DNA of 64,000 bases from a virus. Lineage: Duplodnaviria; Caudoviricetes. The stretch spans positions 50,119 through 114,118 of the IMG/VR virus record IMGVR_UViG_2509276065_000002. One strand, given 5' to 3'. How positions within the stretch are numbered: the stretch's first letter is position 1; every line of letters begins with the position of its first letter. Shown here one piece after another: positions 26,660-37,017 of this stretch. The notes below the pieces were generated by a model. The model had not been told where the DNA came from. It ran no database searches and saw nothing but the letters and a program-made list of their open reading frames with translations. The position numbers and the translations under genes were made by a program.

Positions 26660-27865
26660 TCAGCCGTTCGTGCCACCCGCGATGACCACGGCGGTCTTGT
26701 CGGACACCGCGCCACCGGCGACGTCGCTGACCTTCACGCTGAAGATGTGGTTGTCGAAGCTGCCCTGATCGAACTCAATGGTGTCCGCCACTTTCGTGAG
26801 GGTGCGCGGACCCGCTTCGTACCCGCGCAGCACGGCCAGTTCGAGTGGCGCGGCGTTGCGGTCCAGCGCGATCCAGTCCTTGCGGTTCGCGCCCGGGTAA
26901 TCAGCGATGTCCATCTCCGTCAGGATCGCTTCCGGGTGCACGTCCGCGATCTGGTAGACGGGGTTGGCGGTGCCCGCCTGGAAACCCGTGGCGGACGGGT
27001 AGCCGACGTAGGCGATGGTGGGACTGCCGATCGCGGTGCGCGCGACGGGCGCGCTGGTGTTCGGTACGTAAATGTCCGTCACGAGACGGCTGATGTTGCG
27101 CTCGCCCACGCTCTGGTCGCCGAGGTACGACACGATCGCGTTGATGTTGCCGATGTCCGGACCGAGCGCACCGTTCGGTAAGGGCACGCGGGTGGCCATG
27201 CGGCGGATGGCGTCCACGATGATCCACGCGCGCGTGCGCGCCGCGGCCTGCCCGAGTTCGTACATGGCGTCCTGAAACTCACCGAGTTCATCGTTGAGGA
27301 TCATCTCCCAGGTGAGGGTGAGGGCCAGTTCGTAGTTCGCGGCGCTGTACAGCTCGCCTTCCCCGACGAAGCCGGTGTACTGCACGTTGGTCGCTTCCGG
27401 ACGCAGGCGCAGGAAACGGTCGAGCAGGTTGACACCCCCACGCGCCCGGACGGGTTTGAAGTTGTTCACCACCCGGCGGCGCGCGATGGCCATCAGGTCG
27501 CTGTTGAAGGCGGGCAGATTGTCGCGCCGCACGATGTCACGCGTGAGCGCCAGACCGTACGCGAAGTCGCTGCTGGTGAGCGTCTCGATCACGCGACGTT
27601 CGGCGCGCATGGCGTGCAGGTCACCCAGCAGGCCTTCCATGGTTTCCATGGTGCGTTCGTACGCCTGCGCGTCGGTGGTGCGCAGCTTGCGGCCCTCGTC
27701 GATCTTCTCGCCGAGCAGCTTGCCGTAGTAGCCCTCGTAGAAGCGTTTAATGCTCGCCAGGGCGATGGTCGTGGCCGTCAGGCGGTCCGGGTCGGTGTGG
27801 GCGGGAAGTTGGTTGCGGTACGCGGCTTCACGCATCGCGGCGCGCAGCTTGTGAAAGTTGCTCAT
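26660..27865 (-). CDS. major capsid protein (Mu gpT-like)
   Basis: TLTSSDF and LTLTWEMILNDELGEF...LGQAAART motifs; follows protease and decoration genes. Confidence 0.85.
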   Translation of the reverse strand: MSNFHKLRAAMREAAYRNQLPAHTDPDRLTATTIALASIKRFYEGYYGKLLGEKIDEGRKLRTTDAQAYERTMETMEGLLGDLHAMRAERRVIETLTSSDFAYGLALTRDIVRRDNLPAFNSDLMAIARRRVVNNFKPVRARGGVNLLDRFLRLRPEATNVQYTGFVGEGELYSAANYELALTLTWEMILNDELGEFQDAMYELGQAAARTRAWIIVDAIRRMATRVPLPNGALGPDIGNINAIVSYLGDQSVGERNISRLVTDIYVPNTSAPVARTAIGSPTIAYVGYPSATGFQAGTANPVYQIADVHPEAILTEMDIADYPGANRKDWIALDRNAAPLELAVLRGYEAGPRTLTKVADTIEFDQGSFDNHIFSVKVSDVAGGAVSDKTAVVIAGGTNG

Positions 27866-27926
27866 GTCGCCTCCTGGCGGCAACGAAACACGGCCGAAGG
27901 GTGGCCGGAAAGAGGGCGGGTGAGGG

Positions 27927-28304
27927 TTACTGAGCGCCGTTGCTGCGCAGGCCGACGAAGTTGCCGAGCCTCCAGCCGATCCAGGTGTTCCCCGCCGCGA
28001 CTTCCGAAGGCGCGCCGGCCGGCGTCAGGTACACCCGTCCGAAGTCCGCGATGGCGACGGGCAGCGCGCCCACGTCGATGGTCTGACCGATGCCGGGCAG
28101 GTTGACGCTCGCTTGCCCTTCACGCAGGCCCTGCGGGGCGGTGCCGGCCTTGAGCATGTCCGCCGTGACGCGTTCGGTTTCGAGGACGCCGTAGAGTCCT
28201 CCGCCGCCCAGGGCGACCGGACGGCCGTTGGTGGCGCCAGCGGGAACGGTGAGGGCGAGGGTGATGCCTCGCCCGTCCTGGCTGCGGTGCTTCATATTTT
28301 TCAT
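27927..28304 (-). CDS. head decoration / cement protein (DUF2190-like)
   Basis: Small Gly/Ala-rich protein beginning MKN; between protease and capsid. Confidence 0.65.
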   Translation of the reverse strand: MKNMKHRSQDGRGITLALTVPAGATNGRPVALGGGGLYGVLETERVTADMLKAGTAPQGLREGQASVNLPGIGQTIDVGALPVAIADFGRVYLTPAGAPSEVAAGNTWIGWRLGNFVGLRSNGAQ

Positions 28305-28317
28305 GGCAGCTCCAAGG

Positions 28318-28348
28318 GAAAGGCCTCCACGCGTCGTGGAGGCCTTTC
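28318..28348. promoter_or_regulatory. perfect 14-bp stem-loop upstream of the decoration and capsid genes
   Basis: GAAAGGCCTCCACG-CGT-CGTGGAGGCCTTTC. Confidence 0.6.
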
Positions 28349-28377
28349 AGTGAGAAGGTGGCGTGACAGGCGAGGAT

Positions 28378-29910
28378 TTACAGACCGAAATCGCGCGCGG
28401 CTTCCATCACCGGCGCGTACGGCTGCCCGGGCAGGGTATGACCGCCGTTGTTGCCCACTGGCAGGGCTGGACCGCGGTTGGCGGGGTTGGTGCGGTCGAG
28501 GTGCTCGAAGGCGCGCGGGGGAGCGGGACGGCCAGCGTCATCGCGTGAACCGACCAGGCCACGGCGTTCCTCGATCATGTCCGCCACGACCGTGCGGGCT
28601 TCCTGGTCGTTGTCGGCCGAGATGGCCGCCGCTTCGAGGCGTTCACGGAAACGCGCTTCGAAGTCGATCTCTCCCCGCGCGGGCACGGGACGCAGGTTCG
28701 CGCTTTCCAGTGCGGTGGAGACGATGTTCAGGCGTGCGGTGCGCACGCGTTCCTGGCGTTCGCTGCGCAGCTCGGAGGTGAGCTCGAGCACCTGGGACTC
28801 CAGGGATTCCTCGTCCGGCGTGCCCGCCCGAGGAGCCGGACGGCGCGTTTCGGTGGCGGGCGGCGCGTTCGGCTGCGGATTGCCGGCAGTGCCGGGCGTG
28901 CTCGGCGTCTGCGGGTTCGCCTGGGCCTGCGTGACCTGCTCGGCGATGGTTTCGAGCACGCCGTAATACTCCTGCGCGTGCTCTTTCTTGACCTGCTCCA
29001 GGGTTTTGCCGTGCTTGTCGCACAGCGCTTTCAGTAACGGGTGCATGTGGCCCTCCTTGTTGGGCGCTGAGGTGGACGGCGCGACGGGAAGCGGAGCGGA
29101 CGGACCGGGGCGGGTGTCTTCCTGGGTGCTGGCACGCCCGCCGAGGTTGCTGGGATCAGAGACGTAATCGATGGTGGCGTACGTGAAGTCGTTCTGCACG
29201 ACCGGAATCAGCATCTCCGGGTCGTAGAAGTTCGGATCGAGCAGCGCTGCCTTGACGTACTGGATGCTGGCGGTGCCGTTGGTGCTGATGCCGACCTTGA
29301 CTTTCTGGCGCAGCAAGGCCTTGGCGTCCAGGCCCTTCTGCGTTTCGACGATCACGCCTTTGGCCACGACCACCCCGACGGTTTTCTGGCCACCCTGACC
29401 GTCGTCGATCGTGCGGTCTTCGATGTCGAGGGACTCCCACAGCGTGGCGATGTTCTCCAGGCGTCCCTTCATGGAGTCCCACCATTCCGGGTGCTCCATC
29501 AGGGCCCACAGGCCCCCTTCGGCGAGGTCAGGGGCCGCCGCGGCATTCGCGGCTTCGTACGCGCTGCGGGGGTAGTACCGGCCGTTGCGGTTGATCACGT
29601 CGCAGTACGCGACGTCCGCCGTGACGGTCGTGACGGTGACGCCGCCACGCTTTTCTTCCTTCAGGCGGGGTCTGGCCGCGATGAAGTTGGTTTCGTGCAG
29701 CGAGACGTCCTGGTACGTCTGCCCGGCCTGCACGCCCCCTTCGCGCTCCCCGAGGCGTTCGGGCGTGAGGACGTGCGCGGGAGGTTCGAGGGCCGCGCGA
29801 GTCACGCTCGGCGCGGCGTTCTCCCGCAGGGTGGTCGTGGCAGTGCCTGCGGCGATCCCAGCGGTGAGGACGGCAGTGAGGCAGGGTGAACGGTTCAAGT
29901 TTTTCGGCAT
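28378..29910 (-). CDS. prohead protease fused to scaffold region
   Basis: INRNGRYYP, EHP, VGISTNG and IDYVSDPS motifs of T4 gp21-like proteases; helical low-complexity C-terminus; AAGGAG RBS. Confidence 0.8.
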   Translation of the reverse strand: MPKNLNRSPCLTAVLTAGIAAGTATTTLRENAAPSVTRAALEPPAHVLTPERLGEREGGVQAGQTYQDVSLHETNFIAARPRLKEEKRGGVTVTTVTADVAYCDVINRNGRYYPRSAYEAANAAAAPDLAEGGLWALMEHPEWWDSMKGRLENIATLWESLDIEDRTIDDGQGGQKTVGVVVAKGVIVETQKGLDAKALLRQKVKVGISTNGTASIQYVKAALLDPNFYDPEMLIPVVQNDFTYATIDYVSDPSNLGGRASTQEDTRPGPSAPLPVAPSTSAPNKEGHMHPLLKALCDKHGKTLEQVKKEHAQEYYGVLETIAEQVTQAQANPQTPSTPGTAGNPQPNAPPATETRRPAPRAGTPDEESLESQVLELTSELRSERQERVRTARLNIVSTALESANLRPVPARGEIDFEARFRERLEAAAISADNDQEARTVVADMIEERRGLVGSRDDAGRPAPPRAFEHLDRTNPANRGPALPVGNNGGHTLPGQPYAPVMEAARDFGL

Positions 29911-30129
29911 GGCGCTCCTTCCAGTACGACCACTCACGAGGGGGTGGCGGTGGGGGCGGTGGTCGCTTGCCCTGTGCAATGACTCGCCGGGTGGCTTCGC
30001 GGTGGCAGGCGCTGACGCATCGGTAGTGCGGCCAATCGAGGTAGTTCGCCAGCTCTCCGATGCGGGGCCGACGCAGTCGCACGAGGTGCTTGTCGAGGAA
30101 GCTGTTTCCGAAGTGCCCGCCCGCAAGCG

Positions 30130-30324
30130 TCACCTCCACAGTTTCGTGCCTGCCCTTTCGCGCAGCACCTGCTTTCCGCCCGTGGCCTGCTCGCGCTTGG
30201 CGCGGCACTCGTGGCACTGACACGACTCGCCGTTCTCCTGCCGTGGGTGCACGGCATACGCGTAACAACGAATGGTGGTGTCACTCACCGGTTCGCGCAG
30301 GGGGAATGGTCGGGGTCGGTTCAT
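30130..30324 (-). CDS. small hypothetical protein with Cys pairs
   Basis: GGAGG RBS; CQCHEC motif. Confidence 0.4.
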   Translation of the reverse strand: MNRPRPFPLREPVSDTTIRCYAYAVHPRQENGESCQCHECRAKREQATGGKQVLRERAGTKLWR

Positions 30325-32869
30325 TCAGGTCACCTCCTCCCGGTGTGACAGGCAGCTGTCTCGCTTGACCGAACGTGAGACCCACGGCGGCCATCCTTTC
30401 AGCCTCTCCAGCAGGGTCAAAGCCGAGCGAGCCCGCCAGGGTCTGCGGGCTCGCCCAGCCGCGCGCGTCGGCCGCGAGGGCCCGGCGGATGAGGGTGTCG
30501 AGTGTTTCTTCGGTGAGGGAAGGGAACTGCCATGAAATCTCCAGCAGGTCCGCGGGGACGCGCAAGCGCCGCCGGACGCGCGTGAGACCGTCCGCTTTGT
30601 AGGTCGTGCGGTAGACGGTGTAGAGGCGTTCCCTGCCGAAGCGGCGTTTGAGTTCCGTGCGGATCAGTCGGTCCAGGTACCCTCGTCCGGTGCCTTGCCG
30701 CCGAAGCGCCAGCCGCACTGCGGGCGTGCCCATCTCCCCGGCCGTGTTGCCTTGAATAGCGACCTTGCCGTTTCGCCGGGTGACGAACAGGCCAGACGGT
30801 ACGCTGAAGCAAAACACCTTGCCGACGTAAGGCACCTGCTCCACATCGGCCGCGTTCAGACGGTGTTCGGGCTTGCCGAACTGCAAAAGCAGCCGAAAGA
30901 CACGAGTGCGCCCACGCACATCAATGACTTTGGCGGAATGCCCGAGTTTCAAGGCAAGGCGTTGCACATCATCAATGAGTGTCGGTGACTTGCTGTAGTA
31001 GGCGCCGCTGATCCTGTTCGGGCGCTTGTCGCGCGTGCCATCGCCGTCCATCAGAGCAGCGAAGAGAATGGCGCTTTGCCTCAGGCAGAGATGATGAAGG
31101 AATTCCGGGAACTCCTTGTTTTCCGCCAGTCGCCGACAGTGCTCCAGCAGCCACAAGCACAGGCGCTTGTCGTTGCACTGCCAGCGCACCGTTCCTTGCG
31201 CGTCGGTGTACTCGCCCCATTTCAGGCTGGGAAGCCGAGCAAGACAGGCACGGATGCGCGCTGTGGAGTCGGGTTTCTTCTGGGCCAAGCTGATGTGATA
31301 GCGCTGGTTGTAGACGTTGGCGCAGCCTTCGCTCAAGAAGTACCCGAGGAATTCAATGAAGGCGTCGGCGGGTAAGTCGAGTTCGGGGTAGACATGCTTA
31401 CCGTTGCCATGCGTCTGGGCGGGCAGAGTCCAGTGCGTCAATTCATCGCCATCACTGGTAAGGTGATGCGAAAAGTACCAGTTGTTTACCGCGATGTCTT
31501 GGGATTTGACGATTTCATATGTGCGCTGCGTCTTGTCGTTGCGGTCACGCTTGACCCACATGCGGTGGTCGGGTGTGACGAGAATGTCCAGATGCGCGTT
31601 GTGAAAGTGATACATGGGGCCACGGTAGTCATATTGGTAAAGTGGACCGGCCTTCACCCACTCCACGACCGCGCTGTCCGGATTGAACTGCGCGATGAGG
31701 GTGTCAGGCGTGATCTGCTCGTACGTTCGCCAGCCTTCGACAGTCAGGGTTTCCGTATCGGCGGAGTAGCAGGCACGGTTGACGTTGCCGCCTTCTCCCA
31801 GCCAGTGTTCAGGCAGCCCGCCCATCGCGAGACCCACCAAGCGCAAGAAGGCGCGCTGGTCGGTGCTGGCGTCGCTGGCGCCACTGGCGGGCTTCGGGAA
31901 GTCGAGCTCTTCGCTGAAGCCGTCGTAGCGGTTGCCGTTCTGGTCGGTGTAACCGGGCTTCACGACGAGCGGCACGATGCCACCTTGCGCTGGAAGCTGA
32001 CGGAACGCGCCGGTCTTCATGCGCCACTGGTGCACGCCACCGTCCGGCGTGCCGTTCGCGTCAGTACCCGCGGGATTCAGGGCGGCTTTGTACACGCCGA
32101 GCACCCGGCTTTGCAGGCCGTGCACGTTCAGGCGGTGGTTGAGCAGCCCGATGTACGCGAGTGCGGGATCCACGGCGCCCATCGCGACGGGCCAGCCGCG
32201 CGGGTCGTTCCAGAGCGCGTCATTCGCGGTCCAGGTGAAGCGGCCCAGCGGGTAGGGTTCCTCCACGCCGGGACCGGTGCTGACGTGAATGCCTTGCACC
32301 ATGTCACTCGCGACGGTGCCGAAGGCGGTGCTGGACTCCAGCCGGAAGGTGCGATCCACGTCCAGGAACGCCACCCGAGACGGCAGATCCGGACCGGCGT
32401 CCTGCTCCGGGAAGAGCGTGGCATTCTCGCCATCGAGGAGGTACTCGATCAGCCAGCGCTCACCGAAGAGTTCCCCGAGGCTGTTCGCCTGCCAGAATTC
32501 CTCCAGGGCCAGCGCGGCAGTTTTGTCGTCGGGATCGGCGTAACTGAACGCGTCACCGCTCAGGAAGGCCGCGATGATCTGCACGGCGCCCCGGAAGAGG
32601 GCGTTCTGGAAGTACGCGGCGCGGCAGCGGCGACGTTCGAGTTCGCGGATCAGGCCGTACTGTCCCACCGGGAGGGCCTGACCGTTGGCGCCCGCGTACG
32701 TCCAGCCGTTGCGCACGGCCGGGTCGTTCACGCCTTCACCCCAGGCGTCCCGCACGCCAGGGTACGCCAGCTGGAGGTCCGCGCCACGCAGGGTGGCGGG
32801 CGAAGTGGCGTCCTGCGTGCGGCTTTCGCTGGTGATGGGCGTGCCGTCCGGTCCGAGGATGAGGCTCAA
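30281..32869 (-). CDS. portal protein interrupted by an intein
   Basis: Directly after TerL; GLPEHWLGEGGNVNRA|TA portal-like motif split by a Hint/LAGLIDADG insert. Confidence 0.85.
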   Translation of the reverse strand: MSLILGPDGTPITSESRTQDATSPATLRGADLQLAYPGVRDAWGEGVNDPAVRNGWTYAGANGQALPVGQYGLIRELERRRCRAAYFQNALFRGAVQIIAAFLSGDAFSYADPDDKTAALALEEFWQANSLGELFGERWLIEYLLDGENATLFPEQDAGPDLPSRVAFLDVDRTFRLESSTAFGTVASDMVQGIHVSTGPGVEEPYPLGRFTWTANDALWNDPRGWPVAMGAVDPALAYIGLLNHRLNVHGLQSRVLGVYKAALNPAGTDANGTPDGGVHQWRMKTGAFRQLPAQGGIVPLVVKPGYTDQNGNRYDGFSEELDFPKPASGASDASTDQRAFLRLVGLAMGGLPEHWLGEGGNVNRACYSADTETLTVEGWRTYEQITPDTLIAQFNPDSAVVEWVKAGPLYQYDYRGPMYHFHNAHLDILVTPDHRMWVKRDRNDKTQRTYEIVKSQDIAVNNWYFSHHLTSDGDELTHWTLPAQTHGNGKHVYPELDLPADAFIEFLGYFLSEGCANVYNQRYHISLAQKKPDSTARIRACLARLPSLKWGEYTDAQGTVRWQCNDKRLCLWLLEHCRRLAENKEFPEFLHHLCLRQSAILFAALMDGDGTRDKRPNRISGAYYSKSPTLIDDVQRLALKLGHSAKVIDVRGRTRVFRLLLQFGKPEHRLNAADVEQVPYVGKVFCFSVPSGLFVTRRNGKVAIQGNTAGEMGTPAVRLALRRQGTGRGYLDRLIRTELKRRFGRERLYTVYRTTYKADGLTRVRRRLRVPADLLEISWQFPSLTEETLDTLIRRALAADARGWASPQTLAGSLGFDPAGEAERMAAVGLTFGQARQLPVTPGGGDLNEPTPTIPPARTGE
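30746..31771 (-). mobile_element. intein (342 aa) with LAGLIDADG-type homing endonuclease
   Basis: Block A CYSADTETLT, block B VTPDHRMWV, LGYFLSEG and LMDGDG motifs, C-terminal VFCFSVPSGLFVTRRNGKVAIQGN|T; lower GC. Confidence 0.92.
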
Positions 32870-32882
32870 ACGTCACCTCCTT

Positions 32883-34520
32883 TCATGGGTAAGCACTGAA
32901 GTCCGGCACGGTGAGTTGCGCGGCGGCAACGGCGGCAACGTCGACGGGAACGCGGAGCGGGCGGGTGCGCTGCAGCGCCTGGGTGGTCTGGTCCACCTGG
33001 TCGTCCTGCGAGCCGTTGGGAAACAAGTCCCACTCCGGCAAGTAGTCGTTCAGCACCCAGGGAGCGAGCGTGGGGTGCGGGAGGTAGACATTCCCGGCTT
33101 CGATCACGGGGGATTCGGCGTGCACCCGTGACTCCTTGCTGCCTTCGGGTTCCCAGGCGATCAGGCCAGGAATGGTGGTGTGCAGTTCGTCGATGATGGC
33201 CGGGCCGTTGGCCTTGTCCTCCACCAGGTGCTCCTGAATGTCGGCATGGCGGGCGGTGAAGGTGAGCATCTGGCGTTTGGTTTCCACGAATCCCCACTGC
33301 CCGCGCACCTGATCGAGGAGGAAGCGGTCGGCGCCGCGTGCACCCCACGCTCCTCCCGACACGTAGTTGCTTTGCGCTGTGCCTTTGAAGGTCATGTCCC
33401 AGCTGGTGAGCTTGCGGTCGAACTGCTCGGGCGTGGCGATCACGACGGCTTCCACCTCGCTGCCGTCCGGCAGCCTCACCCGCACTGGGGGTAACTGGTC
33501 GAGCAGCGCGGCAGGCGCGTGGTACCGCCACCAGTGGCGCTTCACGATGCCCCCGCCCAGCGGCACCGGGCGTTGTTGGAGTTGCCCGGCGGTGCCGTAC
33601 GTGCCGAGGTCGTGTTCGGCTTCACGCACGGCCTGCTCGTCACGGTACTCGGGGAACAGCAGCTCGCCCCGCTCGGTGCGCGGGTCCTGCCAGAGTGGCG
33701 TCACGCAGCGGTGCTCGGGCTCGAAGCGTTCAGGCAGCCGCAGCACGGTCCAGCCACCCTTGCTTTCCAGGTGACCGGAGAGGTCCTCGGCGTGCAGGCG
33801 CTGCATGGTGAGCACCTGCGCGAAGGTGTTGGGGTCGCTGCCACGACGGCTGAGGCTCTGGTCGTACGTGTTGTTGATGGTACGGCGGTGCGGCGGACTA
33901 TGAATCTCAGCGGCGTTGTTGGGGTCGTCCATCAGCAGGATGCCGGCGCGCGCACCCGTCGCGCTGGTGATGGGCCGCACGGCCCGGCGTCCCCGTGCGG
34001 TGGTGTCGTACTCGCCTTTCGCGTTCTGGTCGCGGGTGAGGCGGACCTTGTCGCCGTACCGCTCGACGTACTCACTACTGGTCACGACGCGGCGCATGTT
34101 CATGCTGTCGCGCATACTGAGCGACTCGGTGTAGGACACCGCCAGGAAACGCTCACCAGGGTTGACTTCCGCCCACACCCACGCCGGAAAGAAGACGTTG
34201 GTGAGGCTGCTTTTCATGGTGCCGGGCGGCACGTTGATGATCAGCTTCCTGATCTCCCGGCGGGCGACGGCTTCGAGGTGCAGGCACATCGCGTCGAGCG
34301 CCCAGCCCCACTTGAGAGGCGTGGCCGGCTCCAGCACCGACCAGAACTGACGCACGAACTCCTGGAGGGTGAGCGGCACGACTTCCGGCGTGACGGGCAC
34401 TTCCGGTTCCGGGAGCAGCACGCCACGCTCACGCAGTTCCGCTTCGAGAATGGCTTCGAAGAGCATGTCCTCGGTCAGCCACTCGGGCAACTGGGGCTCT
34501 CGCACTCGGGCGCGCGTCAC
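32883..34520 (-). CDS. terL: terminase large subunit
   Basis: INVPPGTMKS (Walker A variant), LLMDDP (Walker B), MQRLH, EDKANG and FPNGSQDDQVD motifs. Confidence 0.93.
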   Translation of the reverse strand: MTRARVREPQLPEWLTEDMLFEAILEAELRERGVLLPEPEVPVTPEVVPLTLQEFVRQFWSVLEPATPLKWGWALDAMCLHLEAVARREIRKLIINVPPGTMKSSLTNVFFPAWVWAEVNPGERFLAVSYTESLSMRDSMNMRRVVTSSEYVERYGDKVRLTRDQNAKGEYDTTARGRRAVRPITSATGARAGILLMDDPNNAAEIHSPPHRRTINNTYDQSLSRRGSDPNTFAQVLTMQRLHAEDLSGHLESKGGWTVLRLPERFEPEHRCVTPLWQDPRTERGELLFPEYRDEQAVREAEHDLGTYGTAGQLQQRPVPLGGGIVKRHWWRYHAPAALLDQLPPVRVRLPDGSEVEAVVIATPEQFDRKLTSWDMTFKGTAQSNYVSGGAWGARGADRFLLDQVRGQWGFVETKRQMLTFTARHADIQEHLVEDKANGPAIIDELHTTIPGLIAWEPEGSKESRVHAESPVIEAGNVYLPHPTLAPWVLNDYLPEWDLFPNGSQDDQVDQTTQALQRTRPLRVPVDVAAVAAAQLTVPDFSAYP

Positions 34521-35041
34521 GTCTGCTCACGTACTTTCTTGAGCAGCACCAGCAGTTCGTCGGCACTGAGGTTCTTCAGGTCGCTGGGCTTCTTGAGGCT
34601 CTCCGAGGCGCGCAGCACCACCGTGCTTTCCTCCAGGCCACGCGCCTTGAGTTCGATTTCCACGCCGTACTTGCCGAAACGCGCGATGTCCACCGCTTCG
34701 AGCTTTTGCGGGTCGAGGTGCGAGAGGCCGCGCACGGCGACCGTCTGGAAGGCCTGGCCGATCTTGGCGACGCGGTCACGCACCTGCACCGCCACATCCT
34801 TCTGAATGGCGCGCAGTTCGGTGTCAACCTGGTGGCGGAATTCTTCACGCAGCTTTGACCAGTTTTCCTCGCTGGAGCGGCGTTTCAGGCTGTCAATGCC
34901 CGGCGCACCCTTTTCTACACTGAGCTCTTCGAGGGTCTGATTGCCTGTGTAGTATTTGCGCCGCCATTCTGTCCAGTCGTACTTGGGCCTGGGTCCACGG
35001 CCACGCCGCTTGGGAAGGTCGTTGTTGTCGGTGGTCGGCAT
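34517..35041 (-). CDS. terminase small subunit candidate
   Basis: Immediately upstream of TerL; N-terminal HTH-like segment; DLKNLSADEL tail. Confidence 0.75.
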   Translation of the reverse strand: MPTTDNNDLPKRRGRGPRPKYDWTEWRRKYYTGNQTLEELSVEKGAPGIDSLKRRSSEENWSKLREEFRHQVDTELRAIQKDVAVQVRDRVAKIGQAFQTVAVRGLSHLDPQKLEAVDIARFGKYGVEIELKARGLEESTVVLRASESLKKPSDLKNLSADELLVLLKKVREQT

Positions 35042-35065
35042 GGCTGGTCACCTCCTTACGGCATG

Positions 35066-35090
35066 AAAAAACCCCGCGCAGTGGCGGGGT
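35066..35090 (-). terminator. rho-independent terminator
   Basis: ACCCCGC...GCGGGGT followed by a T run on the minus strand. Confidence 0.7.
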
Positions 35091-35104
35091 GGGTCATTAA
35101 AATC

Positions 35105-35341
35105 CTAGGCGAGTCCTGCTCGATAGCCTTTCGAGGCGAGTTGCTGTTCGTACCAGTCCATCGCCGCCCGGATTTTGACTGCTTCGGAATTCGAAAATGT
35201 AAAGACTGTTCCGTACCCCAGAGGGAGTTGCCGATCGTCAAAGGTGACTCTGGTGTTTTTGTGATCAGTCTGCGCCATCGCTTTATTGATTTGCTCCACC
35301 ACGTGAGGGGGCACCTGGGGTCGGACAAAAAGTTCTTCCAT
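35105..35341 (-). CDS. hypothetical moron protein (78 aa), leaderless
   Basis: TACGCT-N5-ATG; lower GC; own terminator. Confidence 0.65.
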   Translation of the reverse strand: MEELFVRPQVPPHVVEQINKAMAQTDHKNTRVTFDDRQLPLGYGTVFTFSNSEAVKIRAAMDWYEQQLASKGYRAGLA

Positions 35342-35421
35342 GCCTCAGCGTAACAAGCGTTTCTGAATGTGCCCGGGCAATTTCGCGCATCACCAGGGGT
35401 GGGACGAAGCCAGAGGGCGTG

Positions 35422-35676
35422 TCAGGGAGCTGGGATCTCAAGGATGATCTCAAGCGGATGCTGGACGTTTTGACTGACGAGACGAGCAGGAAAGGTCGCG
35501 CCGTTCACTGTGACGAAGGGCTCGGGGGCAAAGCCTTGACTCGGGGCGCTGCCGTTATCGAATACCGCTTCGATGAGCACTTTAATGTCCGGGTGGTTTG
35601 ATTCTATGACCGTACCCTGCATCGGACTGATGACGCGACCATTGTCGATGCGGACGGTAATGCGGTAAGGGTTCAT
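35422..35676 (-). CDS. hypothetical moron protein (84 aa), leaderless
   Basis: TACACT-N6-ATG. Confidence 0.65.
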   Translation of the reverse strand: MNPYRITVRIDNGRVISPMQGTVIESNHPDIKVLIEAVFDNGSAPSQGFAPEPFVTVNGATFPARLVSQNVQHPLEIILEIPAP

Positions 35677-35712
35677 GCGGTGAGTGTAATTCAGGCCATC
35701 AGTCCTGCTTGC

Positions 35713-37017
35713 CTAACTTGAGCGTGTTCCCTCGAGCGTTGCAACGTGGCCGGTGTATTCTTCCCAGCGCTTGACGATGACGTCGCAGTACTTCGGGTCG
35801 AGTTCCAGCAGGTGGGCGATGCGGCCGGTCTTCTCGGCGGCGATGAGAGTAGTGCCGCTACCGCCGAAGGAGTCGAGGACGCGCTCACCGCGGCGGCTGC
35901 TGTTGAGGATCATGCGCTCGACCAGCCGCACCGGTTTCATGGTGGGGTGGTCTTCGTTGCGTAGGGGTTTGGCCTCGTAGATCACGCTGCTGGGCGTGGC
36001 GTCCCGCCGGGCTTCGAGCAAGGCGATGAGTTCGTCCTTGCTGAGCTTTTGCAGGTTGGGGTTGTCGTCGATCACGGTGGACTGGGTGAAGTCCCCGCAG
36101 AAGTAATGCCCGGCGCCGGCTTTCCAGCCATAGAGGATGGGTTCGTGTTGCCAGTTGTAGTCCTGACGGCTGAGCACGAAGTGGTTCTTGACCCAGATCA
36201 GGGTCTGTTTGTACAGCCAGCCGGCGCCCAGCATGGCGGCTCGGAAGGTGCTGGCTTCGCTTTCGGCGTGCGCGATGTAGATGCACGCGCCGGGTTTGGC
36301 GACGCTGGCGGCTGCGGTGAAGGCCTCAAGCAGGAACACCTGGAACTGCGCGGCGGGCATGTGGTCGTTGAGGATGGTGAGGTGCTCGTCGGTGCCGCCT
36401 TCGTAGTTGACGTTGTAGGGCGGGTCGGTCCAGATCAGGTCCGCCTGGTGTCCGTCCATGACGCGCTCGAGGTCCTGGCTTTTGGTGCTGTCACCGCAGA
36501 GGAGGCGGTGGCGGCCGAGCACCCACAGGTCGCCAGTTTTGGTGGTGAGCGTGCCGGGCACCTCGGGCACGGCGTCATCCTCAGTGAGGCCGGCGGTAGT
36601 GGCCGCGGCACCGAGGCTGACGAGGAGCTCGCCCAGGTCGTCGGTATCGTAGCCGGTACCGCTCAGGCCACCGTCGTCTCCAGCGAGGTCTTGCAGGATC
36701 TGAGCGAGCATCTCTTCGTTTCGCTCGGCCAGTTCGGCCGTGCGGTTGTCAGCCAGCAAGATGCGGATGGCCTGCGCGTCGGTCACATCCACCCAAATTA
36801 CGGGAATGTGGGTGGCGCCCTGCCGCCTGGCCGCCTGATGCCGGTGATGTCCGACGAGGATGCAGCCCGTCGAGCGCTGCGCGATGATTGCGCCGTAGAA
36901 GCCGTTCGCCTTGATACTTTCGGCAATAGCGTCCACGTCGCCCAAGTTGGGGTTGCGGGGGTGTGGTTGGAGCTGTTCGGGCCGGACGAGGGCGTGCTCC
37001 TGGTTGATGATGCGCAT
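35713..37017 (-). CDS. ParB-like domain fused to N4/N6 DNA methyltransferase
   Basis: N-terminal PHPRNP...GHHR...LADNR; TDPPYN, HPTMKP and LDSFGGSGTT motifs. Confidence 0.92.
   Translation of the reverse strand: MRIINQEHALVRPEQLQPHPRNPNLGDVDAIAESIKANGFYGAIIAQRSTGCILVGHHRHQAARRQGATHIPVIWVDVTDAQAIRILLADNRTAELAERNEEMLAQILQDLAGDDGGLSGTGYDTDDLGELLVSLGAAATTAGLTEDDAVPEVPGTLTTKTGDLWVLGRHRLLCGDSTKSQDLERVMDGHQADLIWTDPPYNVNYEGGTDEHLTILNDHMPAAQFQVFLLEAFTAAASVAKPGACIYIAHAESEASTFRAAMLGAGWLYKQTLIWVKNHFVLSRQDYNWQHEPILYGWKAGAGHYFCGDFTQSTVIDDNPNLQKLSKDELIALLEARRDATPSSVIYEAKPLRNEDHPTMKPVRLVERMILNSSRRGERVLDSFGGSGTTLIAAEKTGRIAHLLELDPKYCDVIVKRWEEYTGHVATLEGTRSS

Noticed and set aside
29528-30284. Overlapping ORFs between portal and protease
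   Set aside because: Could not decide which frame, if any, is real
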